From a phage: DNA of 64,000 nt. Where the stretch lies: assembly GCA_019234695.1 (NCBI GenBank), contig GCA_019234695.1_3937.1; one strand, given 5' to 3'. Below, piece after piece: positions 32,837 to 49,332 of the stretch. The notes under the pieces are model-generated. The model was not told the origin of the DNA. It did not search any database and saw only the letters and a list, made by a program, of their open reading frames with translations. Position 1 is the stretch's first letter. Each line of letters starts with the position of its first letter. Both the position numbers and the translations under genes were made by a program.

Positions 32837-34303
32837 ATGGCAGATATTACAGAAACACAAGAAAGCTTACCACCATTTAGAATGGGTGAAGTAGGTTCTT
32901 TGGGTCTGAAGGTTAAGAATGGAAGAATCTATGAAGAACCTCGTCAGGCACTAAGGTTCCCTGAAAGTATTAAAACTTTCCAATTAATGATGCGTGACCC
33001 TGCTGTAGCAGCATCTGTAAATATTATTAAGATGTTTGTCAGAAAAGTCAACTGGAGATTCGTACCTCCAAAGGGAAAAGAGCAAGACCCTAAAATGCTT
33101 GAAAGAGCAGACTTCTTTAATTCTTTAATGGATGACATGGAGCATGATTGGGCAGATTTTATTAATTCTGTAATGTCATTCTGCACTTATGGGTTCTGTG
33201 TTAACGAGAAAGTTTATAAGAAGCGTCAGGGTAAAAAAGGAAAGTACCAGTCTAAATTTGATGATGGTCTAATTGGATGGGCTAAATTACCAATCAGAAA
33301 CCAATCAACACTTGATAAGTGGTATTTTGACGAAGACTTTAGAAAAGTTACAGGTGTTAGGCAGAATCTGAGAAATGTTTCACATATTGCTGGAGCAATT
33401 AATCTCGGAGAAAGACCACTAACAAGAAAACTTCCACGAGCTAAATTCATGCTGTTCAAGTATGACGATGAATATGGAAATCCAGAAGGTCGTTCACCAT
33501 TACTTAATGCTTATGTACCGTGGAAGTATAAAGTACAGATTGAAGAGTATGAAGCTGTTGGTGTTTCAAGAGACTTGGTAGGTATGCCAAAGATTGGTTT
33601 ACCACCAGATTATCTGGATGAAAATGCAGAACCTGAAAAGAAAGCTTTCGTACAATACTGCAAAACTGTTGTCAACGATATGATTGCTAATGACAGAGCA
33701 GGTTTAATCTGGCCTAGATATATCGACCCAGATACTAAAGAGGATATTTTCGAGTTCTCATTAGTTTCTAGACAGGGTGCTAAAGCATACGATACAGGTT
33801 CTATTATTGACAGATATTCCAAGCAGATTATGATGGCATTTATGTCAGATGTTCTTGCTATGGGTCAGTCAAAATACGGTTCATTCTCTCTTGCAGATTC
33901 TAAGACAAGCTTACTAGCGATGTCGGTAGATATTCTGCTGAAGCAAATTAAGAACGTAATTAACCGTGACTTAGTTGCACAGACTTATGCTCTTAATATG
34001 TGGGACGATGAAGAACATGTACAAATTACATATGATGATATCGAAACTCCAGACCTTGAAGCAATTGGTTCTTATATCCAGAAGACTGTTGCAGTAGGTG
34101 CTTTGGAAGTTGACAAAGAGCTATCTAACAAGCTTAGAGAGCATATTGGTCTTCCTCCTGCTGATGAGTCTCAGCCAGTATCTGAAAAGCTTTCTCCAAA
34201 TAGCCAAAGCCGTTCAGGAGATGGTTATAAGACCGCTGGAGAAGGTACTGCAAAGACACCTTCAGCGAAAGACCCAAGCACAGCAAATAAGGCAAATAAA
34301 TAA
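32837..34303 (+). CDS. portal protein
   Basis: ~490 aa immediately downstream of large terminase; start moved to ATG 32837 after AGGTGAG RBS. Confidence 0.65.
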   Translation: MADITETQESLPPFRMGEVGSLGLKVKNGRIYEEPRQALRFPESIKTFQLMMRDPAVAASVNIIKMFVRKVNWRFVPPKGKEQDPKMLERADFFNSLMDDMEHDWADFINSVMSFCTYGFCVNEKVYKKRQGKKGKYQSKFDDGLIGWAKLPIRNQSTLDKWYFDEDFRKVTGVRQNLRNVSHIAGAINLGERPLTRKLPRAKFMLFKYDDEYGNPEGRSPLLNAYVPWKYKVQIEEYEAVGVSRDLVGMPKIGLPPDYLDENAEPEKKAFVQYCKTVVNDMIANDRAGLIWPRYIDPDTKEDIFEFSLVSRQGAKAYDTGSIIDRYSKQIMMAFMSDVLAMGQSKYGSFSLADSKTSLLAMSVDILLKQIKNVINRDLVAQTYALNMWDDEEHVQITYDDIETPDLEAIGSYIQKTVAVGALEVDKELSNKLREHIGLPPADESQPVSEKLSPNSQSRSGDGYKTAGEGTAKTPSAKDPSTANKANK

Positions 34304-34803
34304 TGGCTGAAGTTATCTCTATTTCAAATGCTACACGAGTGCATTCGTATAGGGGTGTTCTTATTATCACTGACAAATTATCTGTAGAGGCTGGCTCAAG
34401 GGTCAGCCTTTCAGGTTATGTAAGTGATGGTGGAACCTCTGACGTTTTCACTATTTGCAGGTTACTTGATGCACCAATGAGTGGAAAACCGTTTATTTTA
34501 GGAAATTGTAGTGAAATTGTTAAAATTCCATTTGACAGTTCATGCCTTTTGGGTGTAAAGTTATATAACTGCGAGAATAAACGTATCAATGTTAATAGCA
34601 TTGAAGCCGCTTTCATTACCCTCGACACTGCATTTCAATCTCCAATGACAGTTAATAAAGAAACAAACAGACTTGAGTACATTTTTTCACAAAATGATTA
34701 CAAAGTACTTGTCAAAGGTAAAGTATATGATATGATTGTAAATGTGGTAGATGAATCTGGTAACCATTCAACAGTCCTTAAACAAAAAGTAAGGTTTAAT
34801 TAA
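34303..34803 (+). CDS. hypothetical head-module protein
   Basis: ORF track; start overlaps portal stop. Confidence 0.45.
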   Translation: MAEVISISNATRVHSYRGVLIITDKLSVEAGSRVSLSGYVSDGGTSDVFTICRLLDAPMSGKPFILGNCSEIVKIPFDSSCLLGVKLYNCENKRINVNSIEAAFITLDTAFQSPMTVNKETNRLEYIFSQNDYKVLVKGKVYDMIVNVVDESGNHSTVLKQKVRFN

Positions 34804-35135
34804 TGGGAACATTAACTATTGATGGTAAGAATAAAATCCTCGCCACGCTAACCCCAACGACTATTATTTTACACAATGTAGACCCAACGGCAGACCCTAC
34901 AGCAAATAAGGTTACTCAGCCAGTGGCTATTTATTTTTCTGAACCGGATAATGGCTTAATTGCCTCAGAAGATACAGTTAATATTACTGTTCCAGCTTCT
35001 GCAACGGTCTCACACTATAGCTTGTGGGATGCTAACGATAAATGCGTGGCAACTGGTGCTCTTAGCAAACCTCAATTCTTTGCTGAAGAAGGTATCTATG
35101 TTATCTCTTCAGTCTCTGTAGATTTAAACAAATAG
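34803..35135 (+). CDS. hypothetical head-module protein
   Basis: ORF track; start/stop overlap. Confidence 0.45.
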   Translation: MGTLTIDGKNKILATLTPTTIILHNVDPTADPTANKVTQPVAIYFSEPDNGLIASEDTVNITVPASATVSHYSLWDANDKCVATGALSKPQFFAEEGIYVISSVSVDLNK

Positions 35136-35146
35136 GGTGAGTAAAA

Positions 35147-36493
35147 ATGAGTTCGAATATCTTCAGACTTGCTGATAGATTATTCAACCAACCTTTACTA
35201 GCCACTGAATCATTAGCTCACTCAGCAGCAACTTATGTGAATAACAGATTGCTGGGTGATGTCCAAGCGGCAGTAAACTTTGATAAACCCAAAGGTGACG
35301 CAAGAAGTCTTTTAAAAGTAAAAGATGACATTGCTATTATCCCTATTATGGGTGGTTTAACTCATCGTATGACGTTCATTGATGCAATGTGTACAGGTGG
35401 ATTAAGCTCTTATGAGGGTTTACGTAGAGGCTTTGACGAAGCTTTAGCAGATGAGTCAATCAAGACTATTGTTCTGCATATTGATTCTGGTGGTGGTGAA
35501 GCTTCAGGTTGCTTTGAATTAGCACGTCACATTATGGCTTCAAGAGGCCAAAAGAAAATTATTGCTTATGTAGATGAGTTCGCTTGTTCCGCTGCATACG
35601 CTCTTGCATCTTCTGCTGAAGAAATTATTGCATCACCAGATGCAGATGTTGGTTCTATTGGTGTAATCATGGTTCATCAGGAATTAACTAAGGCATTTGA
35701 AAAGAATGGCGTAACAATTAACGTCATCAAAGCTGGTGAGTTTAAAGGTATGGGTTCACCATTCCAAGCACTCTCAGAAGAAAGCAAAGAAAGACTTCAA
35801 AAGAGAATTAATGATACCTACGCAACCTTTACAGGTTTTGTAGCCGAATCTCGTAATCTCTCTGAAGAAGCTGTAAAGAATACTGAGGCGAATGTTTATT
35901 CTGCTCAGGAAGCTCTTGAACTTGGTTTAATTAACTCAATCATGTCTCAAGATGATTTCTTAAATTACTTACAAGGTTCTGAAGAGGCTCCTGTAAGTTT
36001 AAACGTTAACAATTCAGGTGAAGAAATGACTGAACAAGAAAAGCAAGAACTAGAGGCTTTGCGTCTTCAGGTTGCTCAAATGAAAGCCAAAGAACAGGAA
36101 GCTGCTTTGTCAGATTTGACTAATAAGATTTCTGCTTCTGCTGAAGCTTTTGGGTTTGATGCAAAAGAAGCTGCAACGACTATTTTAGGTGCTGGTCTTG
36201 ACAACCCTCTGAGTGTTCTGTTTATGAATGCTATGGAAGGTGCTAACCAGAAACTTAATGAAACTATCGCGTCCCATGCTTCTGCAATGGAAGAAAAAGA
36301 ATCAGAAATTACCAAGCTGAAAGAAACTGCTGGTGCTGTTCTTGAACATTCCAACGCTATGGAAGAAGTGGGTAATGACGGCGAAGCTGATTTGGTTGAA
36401 GAAGAAAAAGAACCAGCTAAGAATGCTTCCGAAGACACCGCTGAACAACGCAAACTGGCTCTCCAGAATGCTCTAAAATCTCTTATCAAATAA
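35147..36493 (+). CDS. prohead protease (S49/ClpP-like) fused to Ala/Glu-rich scaffold-like C-terminal domain
   Basis: 448 aa; peptidase-like core with GSIG; C-terminal ~150 aa coiled-coil-like; position between portal and capsid genes. Confidence 0.65.
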   Translation: MSSNIFRLADRLFNQPLLATESLAHSAATYVNNRLLGDVQAAVNFDKPKGDARSLLKVKDDIAIIPIMGGLTHRMTFIDAMCTGGLSSYEGLRRGFDEALADESIKTIVLHIDSGGGEASGCFELARHIMASRGQKKIIAYVDEFACSAAYALASSAEEIIASPDADVGSIGVIMVHQELTKAFEKNGVTINVIKAGEFKGMGSPFQALSEESKERLQKRINDTYATFTGFVAESRNLSEEAVKNTEANVYSAQEALELGLINSIMSQDDFLNYLQGSEEAPVSLNVNNSGEEMTEQEKQELEALRLQVAQMKAKEQEAALSDLTNKISASAEAFGFDAKEAATTILGAGLDNPLSVLFMNAMEGANQKLNETIASHASAMEEKESEITKLKETAGAVLEHSNAMEEVGNDGEADLVEEEKEPAKNASEDTAEQRKLALQNALKSLIK

Positions 36494-36504
36494 GGAACAC
36501 AATA

Positions 36505-36882
36505 ATGGCATATCAAGGTTTTACTAAGTTAGGTAACAGAGAACCTCTGAATGATATCATTCTTTGGGAACAGATTACCCCAACAGGCCACTCTCGTAAA
36601 GAGTACACTCCAGTTGCTTCAACAGAATACCGTGTAGGTGAAGTTCTGAAAGCAGATGGTACTAAGGTACAAGCTGGAGAAGAAGCCCAAGCAGACTCTG
36701 TATGTATCGTTAATTTCTACGCAGACCTGCAACTGTCTTATCATGGTCAGTTGAAAGTGGTAGGTATCCACCGTGATGCAGAACTGAAAGACCTGCTTAC
36801 TCTTGAAGCGAGCGTTGATGCTGCTGCCGTCAAGACAGCTCTGGCTGCTAAAGGTATTGATTTCGTACCAACTGGCCTGTAA
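36505..36882 (+). CDS. head decoration protein (lambda gpD-like)
   Basis: 125 aa, immediately upstream of major capsid gene; lambda-like order C/Nu3-D-E. Confidence 0.5.
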   Translation: MAYQGFTKLGNREPLNDIILWEQITPTGHSRKEYTPVASTEYRVGEVLKADGTKVQAGEEAQADSVCIVNFYADLQLSYHGQLKVVGIHRDAELKDLLTLEASVDAAAVKTALAAKGIDFVPTGL

Positions 36883-36915
36883 TAACAATAATAAGACATT
36901 CTGGAGAATTTTACA

Positions 36916-38022
36916 ATGTTGACTAATTCTGAAAAAAGCAGATTTTTCCTTGCTGACCTTACTGGTGAAGTCCAGTCTATCCCAAATACTTATGGGTATA
37001 TTTCCAACTTAGGTCTGTTCCGTTCAGCACCAATCACCCAAACTACTTTCCTTATGGACTTGACTGATTGGGATGTTAGCTTGCTTGATGCGGTAGACCG
37101 CGATAGCCGTAAAGCAGAGACTAGCGCACCTGAGCGTGTTCGTCAAATCAGCTTCCCAATGATGTACTTCAAAGAAGTTGAAAGCATTACTCCTGATGAG
37201 ATTCAGGGTGTACGTCAGCCAGGAACTGCAAACGAACTGACTACTGAAGCTGTAGTACGTGCTAAGAAGCTGATGAAGATTCGTACCAAGTTCGATATTA
37301 CTCGTGAGTTCCTGTTTATGCAAGCTCTGAAGGGTAAAGTTGTTGATGCTCGTGGTACTCTGTATGCTGACCTGTACAAGCAGTTCGACGTTGAGAAGAA
37401 GACTGTTTACTTCGACCTTGACAACCCTAATGCTGACATTGACGCTGCTATTGAAGAACTGCGTATGCACATGGAAGACGAAGCTAAGACTGGCACTGTA
37501 ATCAACGGTGAAGAAATTCACGTAGTTGTTGACCGCTTATTCTTCAGCAAACTGGTTAAACACCCTAAGATTCGTGACGCTTATCTTGCACAGCAGACTC
37601 CGCTGGCTTGGCAACAGATTACTGGTTCTCTGAGAACTGGTGGTACTGACGGCGTTCAGGCTCACATGAACACTTTCTACTACGGTGGTGTTAAGTTTGT
37701 CCAGTACAACGGTAAGTTCAAAGACAAGCGTGGTAAGGTTCACACTCTGGTGAGCATTGATAGTGTAGCAGCAACTGTTGGTGTAGGTCATGCTTTCCCT
37801 AACGTTTCTATGCTGGGTGAAGCTAACAACATCTTCGAAGTGGCATATGGTCCATGCCCTAAGATGGGTTATGCAAATACACTTGGTCAGGAACTGTACG
37901 TATTCGAATACGAAAAAGACCGTGACGAAGGTATTGACTTTGAAGCTCACTCTTACATGCTGCCATACTGCACACGTCCTCAGTTGCTGGTAGACGTTCG
38001 TTCTGACGCTAAACCAGACTAA
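36916..38022 (+). CDS. major capsid protein (lambda gpE-like)
   Basis: 368 aa following decoration gene; strong GGAG-containing RBS region. Confidence 0.6.
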   Translation: MLTNSEKSRFFLADLTGEVQSIPNTYGYISNLGLFRSAPITQTTFLMDLTDWDVSLLDAVDRDSRKAETSAPERVRQISFPMMYFKEVESITPDEIQGVRQPGTANELTTEAVVRAKKLMKIRTKFDITREFLFMQALKGKVVDARGTLYADLYKQFDVEKKTVYFDLDNPNADIDAAIEELRMHMEDEAKTGTVINGEEIHVVVDRLFFSKLVKHPKIRDAYLAQQTPLAWQQITGSLRTGGTDGVQAHMNTFYYGGVKFVQYNGKFKDKRGKVHTLVSIDSVAATVGVGHAFPNVSMLGEANNIFEVAYGPCPKMGYANTLGQELYVFEYEKDRDEGIDFEAHSYMLPYCTRPQLLVDVRSDAKPD

Positions 38023-38043
38023 TATTCTTAAGGAGGGTTATGA

Positions 38044-38493
38044 ATGTGCTATACAGGCGACCCAGCCAATAACCCTCTTGATAGAGTAAGAATCCTCTGC
38101 ACAGACACCAATAATGATGAAATTCTTATTGAGCAGTCTGTGCTAGAGTGGTTCTATCTAGAATCTGGAAAGGATGAAAAGAAAGCAGCCATCAAAGCTC
38201 TTAAATATTTACTCTTTCAAGTAGCCAAGATGGGAGATGAGAAGGTTGGTGGTGTTTATTTACGTAACTCTTCCAGATTCAAATCTCTGAAAGCTGTTTA
38301 TGACGACCTTGTTAAAAGCTCTGTTTCAGGACTACCCTATGCAGGTGGTATTAATCAGTGCGACATTGATATGCGTCGTCAAAATCCTTGCTCTGTCAAG
38401 AAATACACAGAATATGGTGATGCTGCCAGATACGAAGGCAGAGATTACTGCAACCGTGTTAATGGCGTATTTATTATCGAGCGAGATGAATAA
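38044..38493 (+). CDS. head completion/connector candidate
   Basis: ORF track; AGGAGGG RBS. Confidence 0.4.
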   Translation: MCYTGDPANNPLDRVRILCTDTNNDEILIEQSVLEWFYLESGKDEKKAAIKALKYLLFQVAKMGDEKVGGVYLRNSSRFKSLKAVYDDLVKSSVSGLPYAGGINQCDIDMRRQNPCSVKKYTEYGDAARYEGRDYCNRVNGVFIIERDE

Positions 38494-38975
38494 TGGTTAA
38501 AAGGGTTATTCACCCCGCTAGAGCAAAATTAGTCGGGGCTATGAAGAACTTGCAAACGGCTAATGCTCAAGTTGGGTATTTTCAAGAACAAGGTCAACAT
38601 AGCTCTGGTTTTTCTTATCCTGCTTTAATGTATTTACAAGAAGTTATTGGGGTTCCTTCAGCTTCTGGTAAAGTATATCGTAGGTTGTTTGAAATCACTA
38701 TGATGCTAAACAGACAGACCTTGTTAGAGCAGACTAAGAAGAATCTCTATAAGCAACTTAGCAGTCTCAACACAGACCCTTCAAATACTTTAGAAGCATT
38801 TGCAAAGAATGCTCAGAAGGCAATTAAAAGGGGTTTTGGTAATTCTGCTATCCTCCCTCCTAACGCACCTTCCACAGTCAAGAAAAAAGGCTTTAACGCA
38901 CCTCTTGTTGAGACAGGTGACTTAAGAGATAACCTTGCTTATAAAATTTCTACTAAGAAGGGTATTAAGAAATGA
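38493..38975 (+). CDS. head-tail connector candidate
   Basis: ORF track; overlapping start/stop. Confidence 0.4.
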   Translation: MVKRVIHPARAKLVGAMKNLQTANAQVGYFQEQGQHSSGFSYPALMYLQEVIGVPSASGKVYRRLFEITMMLNRQTLLEQTKKNLYKQLSSLNTDPSNTLEAFAKNAQKAIKRGFGNSAILPPNAPSTVKKKGFNAPLVETGDLRDNLAYKISTKKGIKK

Positions 38976-39373
38976 GACTCTTAAACAGACACAGCTTTGT
39001 AGTAAAGCGTAAAGTCTCTGAAGACGGTTATTACAATGATGATGGTGATTGGGTAGCTTCACAAGATATTGTAGAGGTTAACTGCAAAGGTAATATCCAG
39101 CCATATATCAAAGGTTCTGTAAAGAACGGTACACAGATTGCTTTACCGGAAGGTATCAGGCTTACCGATACAAGAATCCTGTATACTACATATAAACTTA
39201 GAACTTCAGATGATGTAGAGTGGAATGAGTCTGACATTGTTATGATTGATGGTCATGAGTATGAAGTATTTATGACTATGGATTGGTCACAGCAATTAGC
39301 CCATACGTCCCATTATGAATATATCATTATTAGAAGGGATAAAATGAATGCAGTTAGAAACAGCAGAACTTGA
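38972..39373 (+). CDS. head-tail connector candidate
   Basis: ORF track. Confidence 0.4.
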   Translation: MRLLNRHSFVVKRKVSEDGYYNDDGDWVASQDIVEVNCKGNIQPYIKGSVKNGTQIALPEGIRLTDTRILYTTYKLRTSDDVEWNESDIVMIDGHEYEVFMTMDWSQQLAHTSHYEYIIIRRDKMNAVRNSRT

Positions 39374-39947
39374 AAAAGGTCTAGTTAGAACCTTAGTGGA
39401 TGTTATTGGTCACAGACTAGCTCGTGATAAAAATAATAGACCAAATGTAATTAGAGCTTACCCTTCTGATAACTCAAATGACAAAGGTTTAAAACCTGAC
39501 CAGCCATTTATTACCGTATATTGTCAAGATGCTGCAACACCTTATGGTTGGGTTCTTGATAAGTTTGTTGAGGATGATGTAGTTTGCTACAGAATTGCTT
39601 TTCAGATTCCAGTATTAATTACGGTAAATGGTAAAGGTGCTCACAGTATTATGCTTGAGCTTAAACAACGATTAGAGATGAGTTCAGTCAGAGATTTAAT
39701 TCTTGAAGAGACAGGAGCTACAGTTTTAGACACTGGAGCTATCCCGAATGACTATACCTATCTCAATACAGATTTCGAAAATTCTGCGCCTCTTGTTGTA
39801 ACTCTTGTAAAAAATTCAGTCCTGAAAGATGAACGTGGGGGAATTATTGAACGTGTCATTGTTGATGGTGAATTAGTTTACGAAGAAGGACAAGAGCCAC
39901 CAGAATATACTATCCATCTAGATGTAGACTCCAAAGGGGTAAAATAA
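39348..39947 (+). CDS. tail completion candidate
   Basis: ORF track; precedes sheath gene. Confidence 0.4.
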   Translation: MQLETAELEKGLVRTLVDVIGHRLARDKNNRPNVIRAYPSDNSNDKGLKPDQPFITVYCQDAATPYGWVLDKFVEDDVVCYRIAFQIPVLITVNGKGAHSIMLELKQRLEMSSVRDLILEETGATVLDTGAIPNDYTYLNTDFENSAPLVVTLVKNSVLKDERGGIIERVIVDGELVYEEGQEPPEYTIHLDVDSKGVK

Positions 39948-41300
39948 ATGTGGAATCCAATTGTTAATGTAGATATTACATTGAACACCGCAGGAACTAC
40001 AAGAGAAGGTTTTGGGCTACCACTATTTTTAGCTTCAACAGATAACTTTGAAGAAAGAGTCCGTGGTTACACTTCCTTAACTGAAGTTGCTGAAGATTTC
40101 GATGAAAACTCTGCTGCATATAAGGCTGCTAAACAACTTTGGAGTCAGACTCCTAAAGTAACTCAGCTTTATATTGGTAGACGTGCTATGCAGTACACTG
40201 TATCAATTCCTGATGAGGTTACTGAGAGCACCGACTATTCTTTAACTGTAGCTGTGAGCGGTGGAGTTTCTCAGCCATTCCAGTACACTTCACAGTCAGA
40301 AGATACTGCTGAGAAGGTGCTACAGCAGCTTAAAACTCAGATTGAAGCAGAGCCTTCTGTAAAAGACCTTGTTACCGTCAATGTAACTGGTGCTGGTGGT
40401 TCAGCAACAATGGTAATCACCAAAGCGGGTGACAATGACTTCGTGAAGGTTACCACTACAGCACAAACAGTGTCAATTGCAAGTACAACTGCTGACACAG
40501 CATCGACTGCTCTGGCAGCTATTGAGGCTTATTCAACTGACTGGTATTTCATTGCAGCAGAAGATAGAACTCAACAGTTTGTCTTAGCAATGGCTTCTGA
40601 GATTCAAGCTCGTAAGAAGATTTTCTTTACAGCTAACTCTGATGTAACAGCCCTACAAGGTACAGAATTAGCCAGTGCAAATGATGTTCCAGCACAGCTT
40701 GCTAAGAGTCAGTACACTCGTACCGTTTGCTTGTGGCATCACACAGCAGCAGAAGACTATCCAGAAATGGCATACATTGCTTATGGCGCTCCGTATGATG
40801 CAGGTTCGATTGCTTGGGGTAACGCACAGTTAACTGGCGTAGCTGCTTCTCTACAGCCATCTAATCAGAGACCTCTGACAAGTATTCAGAAGTCAGCTTT
40901 AGATGCACGTCGCTGTAACTTTATTGACCTTGATGGTGGTGTTCCAGTGGTTCGTAGAGGGATTACTTCTGGTGGGGAATGGATTGATATCATCCGTGGT
41001 GTTGACTGGTTAGAATCAGACCTGAAAACTTCTCTGAGAGACTTGCTAATTAACCAGAAGGGTGGTAAGATTACTTATGATGATACTGGTATTACCCGTA
41101 TTCGTCAAGTCATTGAAACCTCTCTGCAAAGAGCAGTCAACAGAAACTTCCTGTCATCTTACACAGTTAATGTTCCTAAAGCCTCTCAAGTTGCTTTAGC
41201 AGACAAGAAAGCTCGTATCCTGAAAGACGTTACCTTCTCAGGTATCTTAGCAGGGGCTATCTTGGATGTTGACTTGAAAGGTACAGTGGCTTACGAATAA
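39948..41300 (+). CDS. tail sheath protein
   Basis: 450 aa followed by 148 aa tube-size gene, two chaperone-size ORFs and tape measure (myovirus order). Confidence 0.55.
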   Translation: MWNPIVNVDITLNTAGTTREGFGLPLFLASTDNFEERVRGYTSLTEVAEDFDENSAAYKAAKQLWSQTPKVTQLYIGRRAMQYTVSIPDEVTESTDYSLTVAVSGGVSQPFQYTSQSEDTAEKVLQQLKTQIEAEPSVKDLVTVNVTGAGGSATMVITKAGDNDFVKVTTTAQTVSIASTTADTASTALAAIEAYSTDWYFIAAEDRTQQFVLAMASEIQARKKIFFTANSDVTALQGTELASANDVPAQLAKSQYTRTVCLWHHTAAEDYPEMAYIAYGAPYDAGSIAWGNAQLTGVAASLQPSNQRPLTSIQKSALDARRCNFIDLDGGVPVVRRGITSGGEWIDIIRGVDWLESDLKTSLRDLLINQKGGKITYDDTGITRIRQVIETSLQRAVNRNFLSSYTVNVPKASQVALADKKARILKDVTFSGILAGAILDVDLKGTVAYE

Positions 41301-41315
41301 TAGAGGTAAATTGGA

Positions 41316-41762
41316 ATGGCTATGTATCAGCAATATTCCCCTAAAGACGTTGTGTGTAGCTGGAATGGTATTGCCATTGAAGGCTTTGCCCCAGACTCAT
41401 TCTTACGTCTACAGAGAACATCACCACTTGTGACACCAGTTGTAGGTGCGGGTGGTCAAGTTGCTCTGACAAGAAATGCAGACAAGACAGGTACTATTGA
41501 GATTGAGTTAATGCAGACTTCTCTCTCTAATCAGATGCTTTCTGCAATTCAAGCTAAACAAGACAATATGGAACTTGAAGAAGATATCTCTTCTAACTTC
41601 GTAATCTACGACCCATCAGGCTCTGTTCTGGCAACTGGTATTAATGCTTGGTTGCAGGAATTACCGCAGATTGAACTTGGTCGTGACCAGAACTCTAAAA
41701 CTTGGATTTTTGGTTGTGAGAAGCTAGACTACACTTCTACAATTCCAGCGTCAAGTGTTTAA
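41316..41762 (+). CDS. tail tube protein
   Basis: 148 aa directly after sheath; followed by terminator hairpin. Confidence 0.5.
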   Translation: MAMYQQYSPKDVVCSWNGIAIEGFAPDSFLRLQRTSPLVTPVVGAGGQVALTRNADKTGTIEIELMQTSLSNQMLSAIQAKQDNMELEEDISSNFVIYDPSGSVLATGINAWLQELPQIELGRDQNSKTWIFGCEKLDYTSTIPASSV

Positions 41763-41774
41763 TAAATCCTATAA

Positions 41775-41806
41775 GGGGGAGACTTTAAAAGGTCTTCCCC
41801 TTTTTT
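41775..41806 (+). terminator. intrinsic terminator after tail tube gene
   Basis: GGGGGAGAC-TTTAAAAG-GTCTTCCCC followed by TTTTTTG. Confidence 0.65.
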
Positions 41807-41835
41807 GTTTCTTTTAAAAGTATTAAGGAATCACA

Positions 41836-42234
41836 ATGAAAACAGAATCTAGAGTAATTAATGGTAAGAAAGTAAATATCGTTCTGCTTGGGGCAAGAGA
41901 TGGTATTAAGATGTCTATGAAGTTGGGTAAAATTGTTGTTCCAACCTTTGCACAGATGCTGTCAAGTCTGACTGATAAAGGCAAGAAAGAAGCTCCAATG
42001 GTTCCATTTAAAGAACTTGTTGAAGCTTGTTTTGACAGAATTGAAGAAATTAACCTTGAAGAAATGGCTACATTACTATTTCAAGGGGCAACTGTCGATG
42101 ACTTCCCACTTAATATTGATACGTACTTCCAAGCAAACTACGGTGAGTTTATTGATTACTTAGCATTTGCGCTGGAGGCAAACTTCGGAAGTTTTTTCGA
42201 AGCAAGCATTTTCAAAAGCCTAACTTCTCAGTAA
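41836..42234 (+). CDS. tail assembly chaperone candidate
   Basis: position upstream of tape measure. Confidence 0.4.
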   Translation: MKTESRVINGKKVNIVLLGARDGIKMSMKLGKIVVPTFAQMLSSLTDKGKKEAPMVPFKELVEACFDRIEEINLEEMATLLFQGATVDDFPLNIDTYFQANYGEFIDYLAFALEANFGSFFEASIFKSLTSQ

Positions 42235-42236
42235 AC

Positions 42237-42475
42237 ATGGGTAACACTCTACAGACACCACTAACTGATGCTGCTGTAGAGGCAACCTATGAAGAAGCAG
42301 ACGAGATGAAATTTGTGCTTGCTATTTATGGTATGGAAGGGTGTAAAGAAACACTTGACCAACTCTTTGCTATGACATTCTCTGATTTATTATCATTGAG
42401 ACAATTTCTTGAGATTCAGAGGTCGTATAAAGAGGAAATTGCTTACAACGAACTTAGAAGAGCAGGAAAAATGTA

Positions 42476-42476
<1 letters not shown>
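42237..42476 (+). CDS. tail assembly chaperone candidate (second ORF)
   Basis: 79 aa between chaperone and tape measure. Confidence 0.35.
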
Positions 42477-47860
<5,384 letters not shown>

Positions 47861-47861
<1 letters not shown>

Positions 47862-49330
47862 TGGCAGGATTAACTACAACAGGATTACAAACTCTAAGAT
47901 ATCAGGAAATTTTTGATAATATCAAATCAAGACTTCTTAGAGATATTTCACCAAACCTTGACGTTTCTGAAGATAGCCAATTAGGTCTCTTCCTAGCTTC
48001 AATTGCAAGGTCTTTAGCAGATACACATGAGATTCTATCAGAAATCTATGACGGCGGGACAATTGACAAGGCTGAAGGATTTAACCTTGATGATATTACA
48101 GCTTTGAATGCTGTATACAGATATGTTGCTCAGGCAACAAGGGGTCAGGTTGAGTTTACTGGAACAACTGGTGCTACCATCTCTTCAACAACAAGATTGA
48201 GAAGTACTGCTGGAAATATCTTTTATCCAGTTAACAATATTACCCTTACCCCATCATATTGTGTTGAAGCTGTTCTTGAAGTTAACTCTTTACGAACTTA
48301 TGCAGATTATGTTATTATTATTGATAACGTTATTTTCTCGTATAAACCAACCTCATCAGACACAATTACCACACTACTAACTAAATTAGCAGAGGCTATT
48401 AATGGTGGTATTGTAGCAAAAGCAGAAGTTATCAATGATGGAGCCTCATTAAGAATCTATAAAGATGAGGGTGATATTATTGCAAGAACAAACCCTATGG
48501 TTGTTACTGCGACAACGTTTCTGACATTTACAAAGATTACAACTATCTCAGATGTAGTAGCTGAAGAGGTTGGTGCTATTCCTGCTTTAGCTGGGACTCT
48601 TATTGAGATTGAAACCACTGTTGATGGCCTTGACAGCATCTATAACAGGTATGACTTAACAACTGGTAGAAACGAAGAAACTGACACAGAACTTAGACAG
48701 AGATATTTAGAATCCTTAGCAGTTACTGGTGTAGGGACTTTGGATGCAATTGTAGCTGCTGTTAAAAGAGTTCAAGGGGTCTCAGATGCTTCAGGTGTTG
48801 AAAATGATACTGAAGAGACGAACTCAGAAGGTCTTCCACCAAAATCTTTTAAGATTGTCGTAGTTGGTGGTCAAAATGATAATGTTGCTCAAGCAATCTG
48901 GGATACAAAACCTGCTGGTATTAGGGCTTATGGCTCGATTTTTGGCACAGCCTATGATTTAGGTGGTTTAGCACATAATATTTATTTTAGCAGACCAACA
49001 CCAAAATACGCATTTGTTAAAGTCTCTTACTCTTTATATGACGAAGAAAGCTTGACAATCCCTGAAGAGGATATCAGAGACAGTATTGTACAAGGTATTA
49101 ATGCCTACGGAAGAACTCTTAAGGTTGGTAATGACGTTATCCCTAACAGAATTTATGGGTACATCTATGACGTAATCAAAGGTATTGAGATTAATGAGGT
49201 GAAAGTAGCATTATCAAACAGCCAATCAGTTCCACCTAGTGACGGACAATATACTACAGCAAGAATTACTGTTGACGGTGACCAATATACTGTTTGGGAA
49301 AGTAGCCAGTATACCATCACTAAGGAGTAA
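47861..49330 (+). CDS. baseplate J-like protein candidate
   Basis: 489 aa; gene order. Confidence 0.4.
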
Positions 49331-49332
49331 TA